Positions 13,471-26,804 of a stretch of 64,000 nucleotides of DNA are shown piece after piece. Positions within the stretch are counted from its first letter, which is position 1; each line of letters starts with the position of its first letter. The notes under the pieces are model-generated. The model did not search any database. It was not told where the DNA came from and was given only the letters and a program-made list of their open reading frames with translations. The DNA lies in contig CM059433.1 of NCBI GenBank assembly GCA_030390025.1, forward strand, positions 1,116,001-1,180,000. Reading direction: 5' to 3'. Source of the stretch: Squalus acanthias. Its lineage: Eukaryota. The position numbers and the translations under genes are program-made.

Positions 13471-13831
13471 CGTTTGGGGATAGAATGGCCAGTGGCGGTC
13501 CCAATGAACACAGGGATACAGTGATCCCTGCCTGAATTTTCCGATATTCTCTGCTGCGAATTCCTGCAGGAGAATTCCAGCTTATATTTTTCTTGTGCAT
13601 CGGCCCCCAGACTGTTTTCATACATTGACATAAGGTCGTTCAAAGTTGCGCCCATTAGAATTTTCAACAGTTGCCCAGCCACCAATGTATCTTTATCTTC
13701 AACTGGTTTCTGGGTGCAGCTAAGTTGTCTCCTTCCATTTCTTTATTGTTTCGTCAACAGTGCAGCTTCCATTTTATACCCTCGCTACTTGAAACTGTGT
13801 AAAGCTGAGGACAGACATTTATTTTTATATC

Positions 13832-14288
13832 AAAAGAAAAACTTGCATTTATATAGCGCCTTTCATGACCACCAGATGTCTCAAAGCACTTTACAGCCAA
13901 TGAAGTGTAGTCACTGTTGTAATGTAGGAAACGCGGCAGCCAATTTGCGCACAGCAAGATCCCACAAACAGCAATGTGATAATGACGAGATCATCTGTTT
14001 TTGTTATGTTGGTTGAGGGATAAATCATGGCCCCAGGACACTGGGGATAACTCCCCTGCTCTTCTTCGAAATAGTGCCACGGGATCTTTTATGTCACCTG
14101 AGAGAGCAGACGGGGCCTCAGTTTAACGTCTCATCCGAAAGATGGCACCTCCGACAGTGTAGCACTCCCTCAGCACTGCACTGGAGTGTCAGCCTAGCTT
14201 TATGTGCTCAAGTCCCTGGTGGGAGACTTGAACCCACAACCTTCTGACTCAGAGGCGAGTGTGCTACCCACTGAGCCACAGCTGACAC
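13832..14288 (-). mobile_element. DeuSINE (SacSINE1/AmnSINE1-like), full length
   Basis: tRNA-like head with A/B boxes, the Deu domain GGAGGTGCCATCTTTCGGATGAGACGTTAAAC...GGCACTATTTCGAAGAAGAGCAGGGGAG, and an L2-like tail GCGCTATATAAATGCAAG. Confidence 0.85.
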
Positions 14289-14621
14289 AGCTGGCTCTGG
14301 GACTAATGGGGCGGGGTGGTAGCTTTTGGTCTTTACCACCTGGGCATTAAACATCGCCTGGAAGAAGCACAGAGAGGAAATTCTGGCAGGGGAGGATTGC
14401 ATAGCCGTTACAGAACACTGATAGATTTACATTCTATCAATTTCAATGGAAGAAAAATCTGGTGGGTTTTTCCTATTACCGCAGTGCGATCCTCCCCGGC
14501 CAGAGTTTCTTTTTTGCCCAGGTGATGCTTAATGCCCAGACGGAAGGTGAAAATCTACCTCAATATTTCTGCCCTTTATCAGTACTGTGAGTAGCTTCTC
14601 CTCTGGTGGGCTATGATATAT

Positions 14622-14962
14622 CAACAACAACAACAACTTGTATTTATATAGCACCTTTAATGTTGTAAAACATCCCAAGGCGCTGCACAGGAGTATTTTA
14701 AGACAAAACATTTGACACTGAGCCACATAAGGATAAATTAGGGCAGGTGACCAAAAGCTTGGTCAAAGAGGTAGGTTTTAAGGAGTGTCTTAAAGGAGGA
14801 AAGAGAGGTAGTGAGGCGGAGAGGTTTAGGCAGGGAATTCTAGAGCTTAGGGCCCAGGCAGCAGAAGGCACGGCCACCAAAGGTTGAGCGATTATAATCA
14901 GGGATGTTCAAGAGGCCAGAATTAGAGGAGCGCAGATATCTCAGTGGGTTGTGGGGCTGAAG
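14622..14962 (-). mobile_element. L2 3' end
   Basis: (CAA)n tail followed by the reverse complement of about 16220-16548. Confidence 0.9.
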
Positions 14963-15976
14963 GCAGATGAAACATTATTGTATCAATGCTAATGATGTAC
15001 ATAATGCACTGACACTGCTTATACTGTGTAGTGATATAATTTACTACAGGTGTAAATAAAAGGAAGCCATTTAGTGTGTGTACTCAATATGTTTGCTATC
15101 TGGAAAGTTTAACTAAAATGCACCACTGGAAAATAGTAACATCACTTTCAGAGATCACATTCAATAATTTAAATGATGCAACATATAATATATATCATAA
15201 TAAGTTTATGCTTCTCCTCAGGGATTTTTAGAGCAAAGTAACTGGCAGTGTTGTTGCATCATATAACAAAGAGCATGAGGCAGTTCCATAGCCTCTGGCT
15301 AAAGCAGCTCTGTGGCCAGCCGATAGAGAGTGCTGGAGTGCTACCCAAGGTGAAACCCACGCTCACTCTCCCTCGCTCTGATCTGCTCAGCACGTTGCCT
15401 GCTTTAGTGCTGTGCTCACCGAACCAGCCCGGATTGGCACTTTGCCACCTGGACAAAACCCAAGTGCGAATGGCAACCAAGCCTTTGGGATTCAAAACTG
15501 GGTCTTCCAGTCCATGGTGTCGCGCCACAGGACCATTCAATCATTCCTTTTTCAAAAAATTGTTTCTGCCTGGCTGAATTTATCAACGTTCGGAGATTAA
15601 AATATGGGAAAACTCAAGTGCATACAAAGAAAGTGAAATGAAGCAACATGTTGTGGACAGCCATAGAAGGGACAGCAGAGGTATGAAATCTGATGTGTAT
15701 GGTTTTTGATCTTGGTGAATATGTTCATAGCCTTTGTGTAACAGAAAGTTGGACTTGCTCCAGTCCACAGTGATGCCTTACAGTGTGAGTCTCATTTACT
15801 CTTTCTTTTTGTCTCTTTTCACTCTGTAAGTAGCAAAGTTCTTCCTTTAATTTATTTTACATTTATTTTGTATTTCTCTCAAGGTCTGGCTTCCTCCTTT
15901 TGTTGCATGATAATGTCCCTCGTTATCCCCAAAGTCCTTCTATTCCAGGGGCCGACACGCCTTAGGTTGGTTATTT

Positions 15977-16548
15977 TGTTACCTCTGGACTTGACTATTC
16001 CACCGCACTCCTGGCCGGCCTCTCACATTCCACCCTACGTAAACTTGAGGTCATCCAAAACTCTGCTGCCCGTGTCCTAACTCGCACCAAGTCCCATTCA
16101 CCCATCACCCCTGTGCTCGTTGACCTACATTGGCTAAGCAATGCCTCAATTTAAAAATTTTCATCCTTGTTTTCAAATCCCTCCATATCCTCGGCCCTCC
16201 CTATCTCTGTAACCTCCTCCAGCCCTAAACCCTCCGAGATCTCTGCACTTCTCCAATTCTGGCCTCTTGAGGATCCCTGATTATAATCGCTCAACCATCG
16301 GTGGCCGTGCCTTCTGTTGCCTAGGCCCCAAGCTCTGGAATTCCCTGCCTAAACCTCTCCGCCTCGCTACCTCTCTTTCCTCCTTTAAGACGCTCCCTAA
16401 AACCTACCTCTTTGACCAAGCTTTTGGTCACCTGCCCTAATTTCTCCTTATGTGGCTCGGTGTCAAATTTTGTTTTATAACGCTCCTGTGAAGCGCCTTG
16501 GGATGTTTTACTACATTAAAGGTGCTATATAAATGCAAGTTGTTGTTG
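15977..16548 (+). mobile_element. L2 3' end
   Basis: Homologous to 5921-7442. Ends ggtgctatataaatgcaagttgttgttg. Confidence 0.9.
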
Positions 16549-16734
16549 TATTGTAAGATCACATTATCCTATTGTTTTTGCAACATAATTTTACATAGAT
16601 TTTACACACCTCTCTTTATGCAACTATGCTAGATAGGCCCCAGAATCACCTTTATCAATACCAAAATAATACTTTTATTACAGATGCTGAGGTGGGGTAA
16701 ATGCTTACTTAATATGTAAAATTAGGGACACAAT

Positions 16735-17860
16735 GGCCCTGATGTTTTTGGGGACGGTCTGGGGGTGCCCATAAATGGCCTAAGAACCCGGCGAGGTCGG
16801 GGATGCAGAGAGCCTGCCGAACTTAACGGTAGGACCTTATTTTAATTTTTTAGATGCGTTTCCCGCCCAGCAGGCGGCCAAAAAGGCAGCCTGGTCAGTG
16901 CCAGGAGGGAAAACCAGTGGCTGGAGAATGCAGTGGGGACCCTTGGGGATGGACCCCGGCAATCATGGGTGGGGGTGGGCGGCTATGGTCGGCGGTCAGG
17001 CCGGGGAGAGGGAAGAGAGAACATTGGGGGCGGGGAGAGAGAACATTGGGGGCGGGGAAAGAGAACATTGGGGGCGGGGAAAGAGAACATTGGGGGCGGG
17101 GGGAGAGGACATTGGGGGCGGGGAGAGAGGACATTGGGGGCGGGGAGAGAGGACATTGGGGGCGGGAAGAGAGGACATTGGGATGGGGAGAGAGGACATT
17201 GGGATGGGGAGAGAGGACATTGGGGATGGGGAGAGAGGACATTGGGATGGGGAGAGAGGACATTGGGGGCGGGGAGAGAGGACATTGGGGACGGGGAGAG
17301 AGGACATGGGGGCGGGGAGAGAGGACATTGGGGGTGGGGAGAGAGGACATTGGGGGCGGGGAGAGAGAACATTGGGGGTGGGGAGAGAGGACATTGGGGG
17401 TGGGGAGAGAGGACATTGGGGCTGGAGACCAGAGGTCGGCGATTTGGGGCAGGGGGTTGATGGGAGTGGGGTTGGTGGGGAGAGAGAGGCCATGATCAGC
17501 AGGCGAAGACCAAAGGCTTCCTTGAGGGGCTGAGGGGAGTACTCCTGCTCCTCCAGGCCCACAAGGAGTGCTGAGAAAGGCACTTACCTTATTGAGCTGG
17601 CAGCTCCCGCCTACGTTTCACTGCCGGGTTTCCCGATCCCTGGAAAAGTCGCACAGCAGCAGTGAACTTTGAACCGGCTCCCATTTGAACTCTGGGAGCC
17701 CGATTTAAATATGTTAATGAAGTGTCCGACTTCTCACTGCGGGACACTCGGACGTCACAAAACCCATCGCCGTAAAAACGGCGACGGGCACGTGTGCGGT
17801 GGGTTGGGAATGCATTTCACGCATTTGATTGTTGTGGGGCGGGGGGTTACTAGCGAGGCC
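16735..17860. mobile_element. Probable Harbinger-type MITE containing a minisatellite
   Basis: GGCCC...GGCC ends with AAT/ATT flanks. TIR match is weak. Confidence 0.45.
17010..17420. repeat. About 22-bp G-rich minisatellite (gggggcggggagagaggacatt)n
   Basis: Direct tandem repetition with 21- and 22-bp variants. Confidence 0.95.
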
Positions 17861-17985
17861 ATTGATAGAAAAACACAATGGTGCTGTTAGGTATTAGTAA
17901 CAGATAAACTCATAAAATTCTTATGACTACTATTTTAATAAAGATGTAGTTTTAATGGGAGAGAATTGTTTCTAAATGCATGCTA

Positions 17986-19370
17986 AGTGTCAGTGTTGGG
18001 CCAGTGAAAGCACCCGTGCTTCTGAGTCAGAAGATCATATGGGGGGAGAAATTCAGTATCGCCCTGTTTGGGGCACAATTATTTCCGGGCGCAAACTTTA
18101 GCGCCTGGCGCTAATTATCGCCTCCGACTGCAAACTTGACTTCTATCGCCCCTGGAAGTGATTGGAGTGCTAAATCAGGCGCTACACTCCTCTCTTAAGG
18201 TGCTAACGCCGAGGAGCGAGGCGCTACCTCAGAGCGCTGGCGAAGCTCATGTGATATCAGTTAGCGATGGAACACAGACACACTGGCGCCGGCCAGTTCT
18301 TAAAGGGGAGGGTCGATCTTGCTCTCCATCCACACCCTGCTCATTGCAGCTTTGAATCTCGGCCTGGAGAGACCTGTACATCAAATCTGTTGGAAAGAAT
18401 AATGGAGAGGCCCAGGGAAAGAGCTCAGAGTGCAACCCCCACAGTCTCTTCTAAATCGATGCAAGGAAGGTCAAATCAAAATGAACCTGCAAAGTGCTGC
18501 TCAGTACCCAAAACTCCTTCACACAGCGTTGAATCTCTCCAGAAGTCTCTCTCTCTCTCTCAGAATGCGTGGTGCAAAAATGTCGCTGACAAAAAAAGGC
18601 AGGAAGTGGTCGCCTTTAAATAGCGCTCCCCCAGTCCCTTCCCGACTGCAAAATGCTCCCCTCAACCTGTCGTTGCTAGTGGCAGGCGGAAAGGCTGGGG
18701 GCGCCACCCAATATCCGGTCCGGGGCGCAACCGGGGCGTTGCACGTTCGACTGACGTCACGATCTGCGGGCGCAGGAGATCGTGGCGGTAGTGTTTAGCG
18801 CCGCCACAAAATGTCTGCTCAATTTCGCGAGCGGTGCAAACATCGCCGTGCCCGGGCGCTAGTTGCTTTGCGACCCATTAGCGCCCTCTTAAGGCGCTAA
18901 CGGGAGGCGCAAAGCAACCGAATTTTTCCCCCCATAGGTCCAAGCCCCACTCCAGAAACTTGAGCAAACAGTCTAGGCTAGAACTTCTGTTGGAGGTGCC
19001 GTCTTTCAGCTGAGACGTTGAACAGTCCACCCTCACAGGTGAACGGAAAGGATATCACTATTCAAAGAAGAGTACGGGAGTTCTCTCAGTATCATGGCCG
19101 GTTTTTATCCATCAACCAATGCCTAAAAACAGATAATCTGGTCATATATTTAATTTGTTTGTGGAACCTTGCTGTGTGCAAATTGGCTACTCATTTCCTA
19201 CATTACAACAGTGACTGCACTTCGACAGAACTTCTCTGGTTGTAAAGCGCTTTGGGAGGCATTATATAAATGTTTCTTTCTTTTCTCTCTTTCTCGTCTC
19301 GTTCTCTCTCTCTCTCTCTTTCTTTCTCTTTCTCTCTCCCTCTCTCTTCTTTCTATCTTTTCTTTCTAAT
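17986..19370 (+). mobile_element. DeuSINE split by a MITE, ending in a CT-rich tail
   Basis: Head at 17986-18039. Body resumes at 18934 with ggaggtgccgtctttcagctgagacgttg, homologous to 13832-14288. Confidence 0.8.
18041..18933. mobile_element. Internal-deletion derivative of the 33318-37399 Harbinger family
   Basis: Left part aligns to 33318-33700 and right part to 36875-37399. TIR GGGGGGAGAAATTC / GAATTTTTCCCCCC. Probable TSD ATA. Confidence 0.92.
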
Positions 19371-21121
19371 ACTTTCAATACTAAGATCACGCAGTGCAAT
19401 TTCAACCTGGTGAGCAGGGGCAGTCTGGTAATGACTCTTCCAGGATTCAAAAAACGATTTTTAAAAAATCAAAAGGTAGACCCTCTAAGTATTTCTCGGA
19501 ATCTAAAGCTGGCCATAATTATGCAAACAGGAGTGTTTGTCTTGCTTGTCCTTGATGGAGCAGGTTATCCTGCCTTGCTGGCTTCATTTGAAGTTTCTTG
19601 ATTACAAGACTGCCTGTAGGCCAGACTTTCAAGTTCTGCTGGATAGGAACATGTCAAAGTGCAGCTTGCATTGGTTAGAAATTCATACCTTGTCAAGGGG
19701 CCAGTGCTTGTACTTCTCACTGCTACACGTAATATCAAGTACCCAATGTCCGAGTGCTCAAATATTAATCTGAGGTCACAGAACAGAGCGACTAAGTCCT
19801 CCCATTGAATACAGTGTTTATTCCATAATGTCTATGATAAAATATGCACTGAAAAATATTTGTTTTGTGCAAGTGCTGTGCACACAATGTCAAGCCCATG
19901 TAGTTCCTTTGTGCAACCTTTAACCCCAACAGGATAGAGCCCTGTATCCGGTACACTGTGTTTGGAGGTTATTTGGCAAACAGATAATCTGCAAGGAATT
20001 TAAAAAAAGTAATCCTATCTATTTAACTCTTCATTACCGAGTTTCCTTTGTATCATTGAAGTATGTGTAATTAAATAAAGAATTGTTTGTTCCAGAATTT
20101 TATGATATCATAGCCTTCAAAGAGTTCAAAGATATGCAGTATTGGAAAGATGATCGCATTACAAGTCATCTTATTATGTGTGAATGTGAAGAGTTCAGAA
20201 TCAACAAAATATTTTCAGAAGTGCTGCTTGAAGTGTCCTCTTAATAATTTGAAATATTCTTGAGAGTCTAAATACTTGTTTTAAAGAACTCTTGGCATTC
20301 AACAATTCTGTTCACACTCTCATTGCTAGTGTGCATGGAAGAAACGGTGGGTGACAAAGGAGCTCACTATACTCAGTTTGCCAGACTGTCAGTCAAACCA
20401 TGGCTGTTCTTTTATTTTTAAGCCTTATTAACCTACATGCTGAATTTGACTGATGACAGGCCATCGCTAACAAAGGAAATCCACACTTGGGTTTCAAATC
20501 CTGTCATCTGCGTTCTTGGGGTCTTGGAAGCCCCCTTGAAGAGATGAAAAGATCAGTCAAATGCTTGATCCAGTGGCGTAAAACCCAATGAGCACTAGCG
20601 GGGAAAGTCTGCATCATCTCCCGCTGATTGAGATGTCTTTCACACACCTCAGATTCAAACCCGGCACAAAGCTCGTGGCACCTCCTCCTTTGGGTCTCAT
20701 TGGGTGGTGTCTACGGCACGCTGGGCACACAGTGTGCAAGCACTATATATGACATGCACTTGGCACTGGTGCTTGGATTCAAGCTATTATCTGCCAAGGT
20801 TACCCAGTTACCAGTTGAAAGGGAACATGTTGCTGTTACCGAAACTTTCAAAGAGCGAGCAGCAGTGACAGCTGTACAGGTCCTACAGCAGCTTATCAAC
20901 TTACTAGGTTGGCTTAGACCCATTGCAAGAAATAGTATTTGAGTTGGACGATATGCAAATAAAACTATTATAAAACTCTTTTAAAACAGTCCAATGAAGA
21001 TGGCCATTATTATTTACCAACATCTTTCAAACTTGCCTGCATTTGTATTTAGTTCCCTTCCCTCCATTTTTTATATTTTTCTCCCCTTTCTGCCCATCAT
21101 CATTCCCCAGACAGGACTGGG

Positions 21122-21683
21122 CACAATGACCTACCCCCATGCCTCTATCTATCCCACAATGACCTGCCCCCATGCCTCTATCTATCCCACAATGACCTGC
21201 CCCCATGCCTCTATCTATCCCACAATGACCTGCCCCCATGCCTCTATCTATCCCACAATGACCTACCCCCATGCCTCTATCTATCCCACAATGACCTACC
21301 CCCATGCCTCTATCTATCCCACAATGACCTGCCCCCATGCCTCTATCTATCCCACAATGACCTGCCCCCATGCCTCTATCTATCCCACAATGACCTGCCC
21401 CCATGCCTCTATCTATCCCACAATGACCTACCCCCATGCCTCTATCTATCCCACAATGACCTGCCCCCATGCCTCTATCTATCCCACAATGACCTACCCC
21501 CATGCCTCTATCTATCCCACAATGACCTGCCCCCATGCCTCTATCTATCCCACAATGACCTGCCCCCATGCCTCTATCTATCCCACAATGACCTACCCCC
21601 ATGCCTCTATCTATCCCACAATGACCTACCCCCATGCCTCTATCTATCCCACAATGACCTACCCCCATGCCTCTATCTATCCC
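21122..21683. repeat. 33-bp minisatellite, about 17 copies
   Basis: Unit cacaatgacct(a/g)cccccatgcctctatctatcc with one variable site. Confidence 0.98.
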
Positions 21684-22412
21684 ATTCTTGCGTTAGGGTT
21701 GAAAGAAAGTGCCATATTCGCCATCTGAATTTCTCTCCCTCCCCTGTGGCTTAGCGTCACTCAGGGTCCAGCTGATATTGTGAACACTTTTTTCTACTAT
21801 TTCATAGCTGGCCCATTTATCATTCTTAACGCCTCTGCCCATTTAAACACATCCTCATACTTTGCATGTCCTAACTGTTCAGGAGTTCAAGATATTAAAA
21901 TGAATTGCCATTATGTCATATAATGTGCATTATTGAATGGTATAAGTTTACGCAGCCATTGACTATAAACTTTCACTGATGATGTATGTCACTAAATAAC
22001 ACGGGACTGTTGTAATATCCAGTTCCTACCATTGTCACTTTTATCATTTTATCTTCACAGTAAAAGAGACGCCTGCATAGCAATAGTCATCACACTTCAA
22101 AAGTTATGAAGTGCTTAGAGATGTTTGAGATAAGCTGCATTAAATACAAGTAATATTTATTACCTGTCAATAGTTATTAAGTGCTTTGAGAATGTGCCAG
22201 TGATATATTGTCACCATACAAGGATTGTAGGCTGGATCACATTATCAAAAACATATCCCCTAAATATGAATCTGAAAATTCCCATTTGAATTCCCTGATT
22301 CCTTTACCTTTTAACATTTTTAAATTGATTAAACATACATTCGCTGTGTATAAATGGCTATCTTACACTCTACTCAGCGAAAACAACTGATTCAAAAAGG
22401 TGCTGACTCGAG

Positions 22413-24781
22413 GGCCTAGAAATCCGATGGCGCCCGGACTATAGCACGCAATATTCGTGCTCTCTGATCATTAGCATCATGCAGGCGAGCAGCCAGCGCT
22501 ATCCGCACTACTCATTGGCTGCAGGGTGTGCTGGATATCGGGTGTATATGATGCCACTTAAAGGCAGCTAGCACCTCTTAAAGGGGAGGTTCAACATTCT
22601 GGCTGCAGACACTAGGGAAACAGTACTGAGTAAAGATATGGCTGATGGAAGCAGTGAGAGGGCACCAAGACTCTCTAATGCTGCCTCTGAGGTCCTGGTG
22701 CAGGCAGTGGACAGGAGGCGTGATATTCTCTTTCCCTCTTCCCCCCGCCGCCCCCCCAACACCCAACCCCCAACACCCCAAGAGGCAGATAACCATCCAG
22801 GAATCTACTCAGGAGACGGTGGCAAGAAATGCAAAGCACGTCAATGCCAAGAGCACTGCATCAGGACATGGCTCCTACAATCACTGCGCCGCACTGAACC
22901 ACACCTTCTCCTCATACTCACACATTCACCATGATTACTATTCTCACTTACCCACAACTCACATCTAACACACAGGCTATGAGCTATTCTACCATGACAG
23001 CCACATTCTCCAAACACCTGACAAGACTTCACTAACATCCTCCCTTCTTTCTTGCAGGAGAAGGTGACGTGGAACTCAAGACAGCAGGCTGGCACTGGAG
23101 GTGGAAGAACCTGCACCACTTTGTCTCCTCCTCGGAAAGCGTGCTTGCCATCGTGGGCAGGAGCATACTCAAGGCCATGGTGACTGGTAACACTGGAGGA
23201 GACTCCAGGGTTTCTTCATACCTAATCCTCTTTGTCCCTTTTGACTTCTCTCTCATCCTACACACTGCATGACAAACTGCAGATGTTTTCACCACCCACT
23301 TCTCTTCTCTCTCTCTCCGCTTTTTTTTCGCACTACAAGCTGACCCTTGTCCATCTCTTTCATTTCAGCTGCTGAGAATGTGGAAACCACTGTATCAGTC
23401 GAGGAAGCAGTGATGAGCATTCAGGGAGATGCATCATCACTTGATCTGAATCTCGCAAGCACCAGCTCAGACACTGGCACCATGCAGACTTTAGAGGCTC
23501 GGTTAGATGAGGTGTCCACACGTGATGACTCACTGGTCACAAGTGCGCAGGAGCTAGGGCAGGGCGATAGGACACCACAGTTCCAGCTCACCAGAGAGCC
23601 AGGGCGCATACTAGTTCTACTGCAGAGGAGTCAGATGCTGACCAAGGGCCCAGGCTACCAAAGTAGGCTCACAGGCATCTACTAGGAAATGCTAGGGGCA
23701 CTGGGCAGCATGCCAGAGAACTTGCACACGATGCTGTGGAGGATGTTTCAGGTCAATGACCTTTCATCAGACCTATCATTGCCCTGAAACGTTAACTCTC
23801 TCTCTCTCCCCACAGATGCTGCCTGACCTGCTGAGTATTTCCAGCATTCTCTGTTTTTATTTCTGATTTCCAGCATCTGCGGTATTTTGTTTTTGTATTG
23901 GTGCTTTTTAATTGTTTGTGTAAACTATTAGATAAAGATGTAATTGAGTTGATTGTTTTTTTTAAAAAAAATGATTTGGATTTGGTGTTCCTTTTTGTAG
24001 TGAAGGGAGGGCAAGACCCATACGTCTGGCCTGAAGGAAGGCAATCGGATGCTGGTTGTAAGGATTGTGGGACTGTTGGTGTATTGGGGATGGAAGGGCT
24101 GATTTTGGTGAAGTTCTCCTCGATAAGTTGGTCTCTGAGAGCTCAGGCAGCTTGGGGCATTACTGGTCGCTGCATCTCCTCCTCTTCCTGCTCCTGATCC
24201 TCCTCCTGCAATTGTTGCTGCCCAGGTAATGGTAAAGGCTCATCCCTCATGATGGTGAAGTTGTGCACCATGCAGCAGATGGTGACATAGCTGGATAACC
24301 AGTCAGGAATGTACTGTAAACCTCCTCTGGAACAATCCAGGCAGCGGCAGCCTTGCTTGAGCATGCCGATTGTTTGCTTGATGATGTTTCTCGTGGCAGC
24401 ATGGCTCTCATGTTAGCCCTGCCCTGTAGCTGTACGCAGGTTCCTGACAGGAGTCATCAGCTGTTAAGTATCACTGGTGTGGGGACCTTGCTGCCGGTTA
24501 GCACCACGTTGTGCTGTGCGAGTTCAACACGTGACGAGTGAAGCGCTGAGGCATTCAAAAATGGAGAACAGGATCTGCAAACAGCACTTAATCTGAATGA
24601 ATTGTTTGCCCTTTTAACTGTTCCCGACGAGCGCTTCTGACACCAGTGCGACCACTTTCACCAATCTGGTTGGCACCGCACTTCCGGCTGAAAATCTGTG
24701 CGTGCTTCCTGCCCACCATATTGGAACCTTAGGCTGGTTAATGCCTGAAGAATGGACGCTGCGTGGCCAAATATCTAGGCC
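22413..24781. mobile_element. Degraded two-gene Harbinger element
   Basis: TIR GGCCTAGAAAT / ATATCTAGGCC. Myb remnant on + (MADGSSERAPRLSNAASEVLVQAVDRRRDILFP). Transposase C-terminus on - (LKQGCRCLDCSRGGLQY...CCMVHN). Confidence 0.82.
23743..23897. mobile_element. Penelope-like terminal fragment with a short inversion
   Basis: gtttcagg...cctgaaac inverted arrangement. Minus strand reads CTGATGA-AAGGTCATTGACCT-GAAAC. Confidence 0.65.
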
Positions 24782-25428
24782 AATGACTTCCTCGCTGATT
24801 TTGAATAGAGGACAATTACAGTTTTTAAAAACATGTATTTTTGGAAACGTAAATGGCAATTAATAAACGGAGTCATGGCTGCTCCTTCTAGATCTAGTTT
24901 ATGAATAAAGATAGGAAATGCCTTACAGAAAAATTGAAGAGACAAGCTTAAATGTTAGCCCACCATGAACTCACCATAAGAAGCTCACTGCAAGCTGGGC
25001 TTTGAAATATAAACATGCTTAAATGTGAGAACTACAAAAGCTTATATAACTCATGGTGAGTTTGTCCTCATTCTTTCTTTCCAAATCAACCACAGAAAGA
25101 AAAGCAACCTTCAGCCCACTGCCAGCCGTAGTTATTTGGCAAGATGTCTCCAAGGATCTCACTATTCAGAAACATTGTTTAATGACATGTTTTGGTTGTA
25201 GTAATTCCTGTCTTACCTTTTAGCCTGGCAATTATTGTGAGTGATCGAGTACACTTACATCAAATTCCTCCCTGTTGTTTTAACTGAGGAGTTTAACTCA
25301 GGCTTGTACGATAACGTCATTTGTGATTTTCTTTACTTCAAATCTGTCTGATTAAAAATACATTTAAAAGTAAACAGAACTGCATGAAATTTAGCCTGTT
25401 GATCAACGCAACAACAAACACATATACT

Positions 25429-25614
25429 GCGGGTAATTTTAACTTTCAGCGATAGTGTAAAACAGGCAATATCAGATTGGCAGCCATTTATACACCTCGC
25501 CCAATTTTCTTTTCTATTTACTTCAATGGAAACAAAAATGGGGAGCGATGTATAACGAACGGCCGATCCAATATCACCCATTTTACACTATTGCTGAAAG
25601 TTAAAATTACCCCC
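25429..25614. mobile_element. 186-bp hairpin MITE
   Basis: About 34-bp TIR GCGGGTAATTTTAACTTTCAGCGATAGTGTAAAA / TTTTACACTATTGCTGAAAGTTAAAATTACCCCC. TSD ACT. Confidence 0.85.
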
Positions 25615-26804
25615 ACTAAGAGGTGAGAGATGACTTTAAAGTTTCTAAAAAAACAAGTTGGTTGAGAATTCACTTGTGACTCAGTTAGTTGAGAGTTATG
25701 ACTGGGGCACGTGATTTGGAGCAACACAGTAAGTCCTGTGAATGTCTACACTCATCAAGCATGTGGTGTGATTTGCTGCTCAGGTGCCACAATTTTGCAC
25801 TAAAAAATTACAGCTGGCAATCATTTCTGAGTGGATCTGAGTGATGACAGATCACTTGCCCTAGTTATGACATCAGGGACATGAATGAGATGAAAGCTCG
25901 ATCTCAGCCTTTTGTGTGGTGCGTGTTTCTCAAGGGGGTCAGGAAAAGTATCTCTGCGAGAGACAATGCACCAACACATTAGGAACTGCCCAGTAACAGG
26001 ATAGTGGGAGGAGTAAAATGTTTGTTTCCTTTTCTGGATGGATGGAACCATCCATGAAAAATTATAGTCCAAAACCATTTTAATGAAATATGGGGTTTTT
26101 TTCCAACAAAAGTCAGTCATCTAAACCACTTCTGGTTCAACTGCTGCAAGTTGTTGGGACTATTCAAGGTGCCCTTTCACAACACTCAGAACATGACACC
26201 ATGATCTCTTACAAGGCTCCATAAATCATACTTCAAGGGCAGTGAGAATCAAACTGTTGTTGAAAGAAGTTCCATGTAATCAACTAAAGAAAGGAGGCTA
26301 AAGTGAGAGCAAGAGCAGCACACACTGGAACCTCGCAGCGCTTGTTCTCGAGCACAATGCATTTCCCACATTCTTACACGATAAAAGGAGCAACCAGGGG
26401 AACTGATTAGCTTAAAACTTAATTACAGGGAGGAAAGCTGAAAAAAAGTGCATTTCCAGATAAGTTTCACCTTTGGCCACAAGACATTTGTGTAAACACT
26501 GGTTCTCTGCATGCCTGCACAGAAAGGACTAGTTTCCAGTTACTTTCAATTAGGTGATAATGAACTTTTCATAAAGCTGTCGGAAGGTGTGTGATTTGTG
26601 ATCGAAGATGGGAAGTTAAACGTTAACCATTTACACTAGTTTGATATGCGCACTGTGTGAACATCAATGATTAGTAAATTCATTGGCTGCCAGCCAGGCC
26701 CTACTGCCATCTGTTAGAATTTTCCATGGTTAGTTCCCAAAATGCTCACAGTATTTGCAGGTTTGTTATTCTATCAGTTTCCCTTTTAATATCACTAGCG
26801 TCAC

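Noticed and set aside
14215..14288. tRNA gene
   Set aside because: It is the tRNA-derived head of a SINE, contiguous with the Deu domain.
15222..15600. Host exon after the ctcctcag acceptor-like site
   Set aside because: All three frames stop shortly after the acceptor, and the nearby ORFs have no recognisable domain.
20994..21728. 244-aa repeat protein (MTYPHASIYPT)n
   Set aside because: A 33-bp VNTR open on both strands, with no synonymous variation or gene context.
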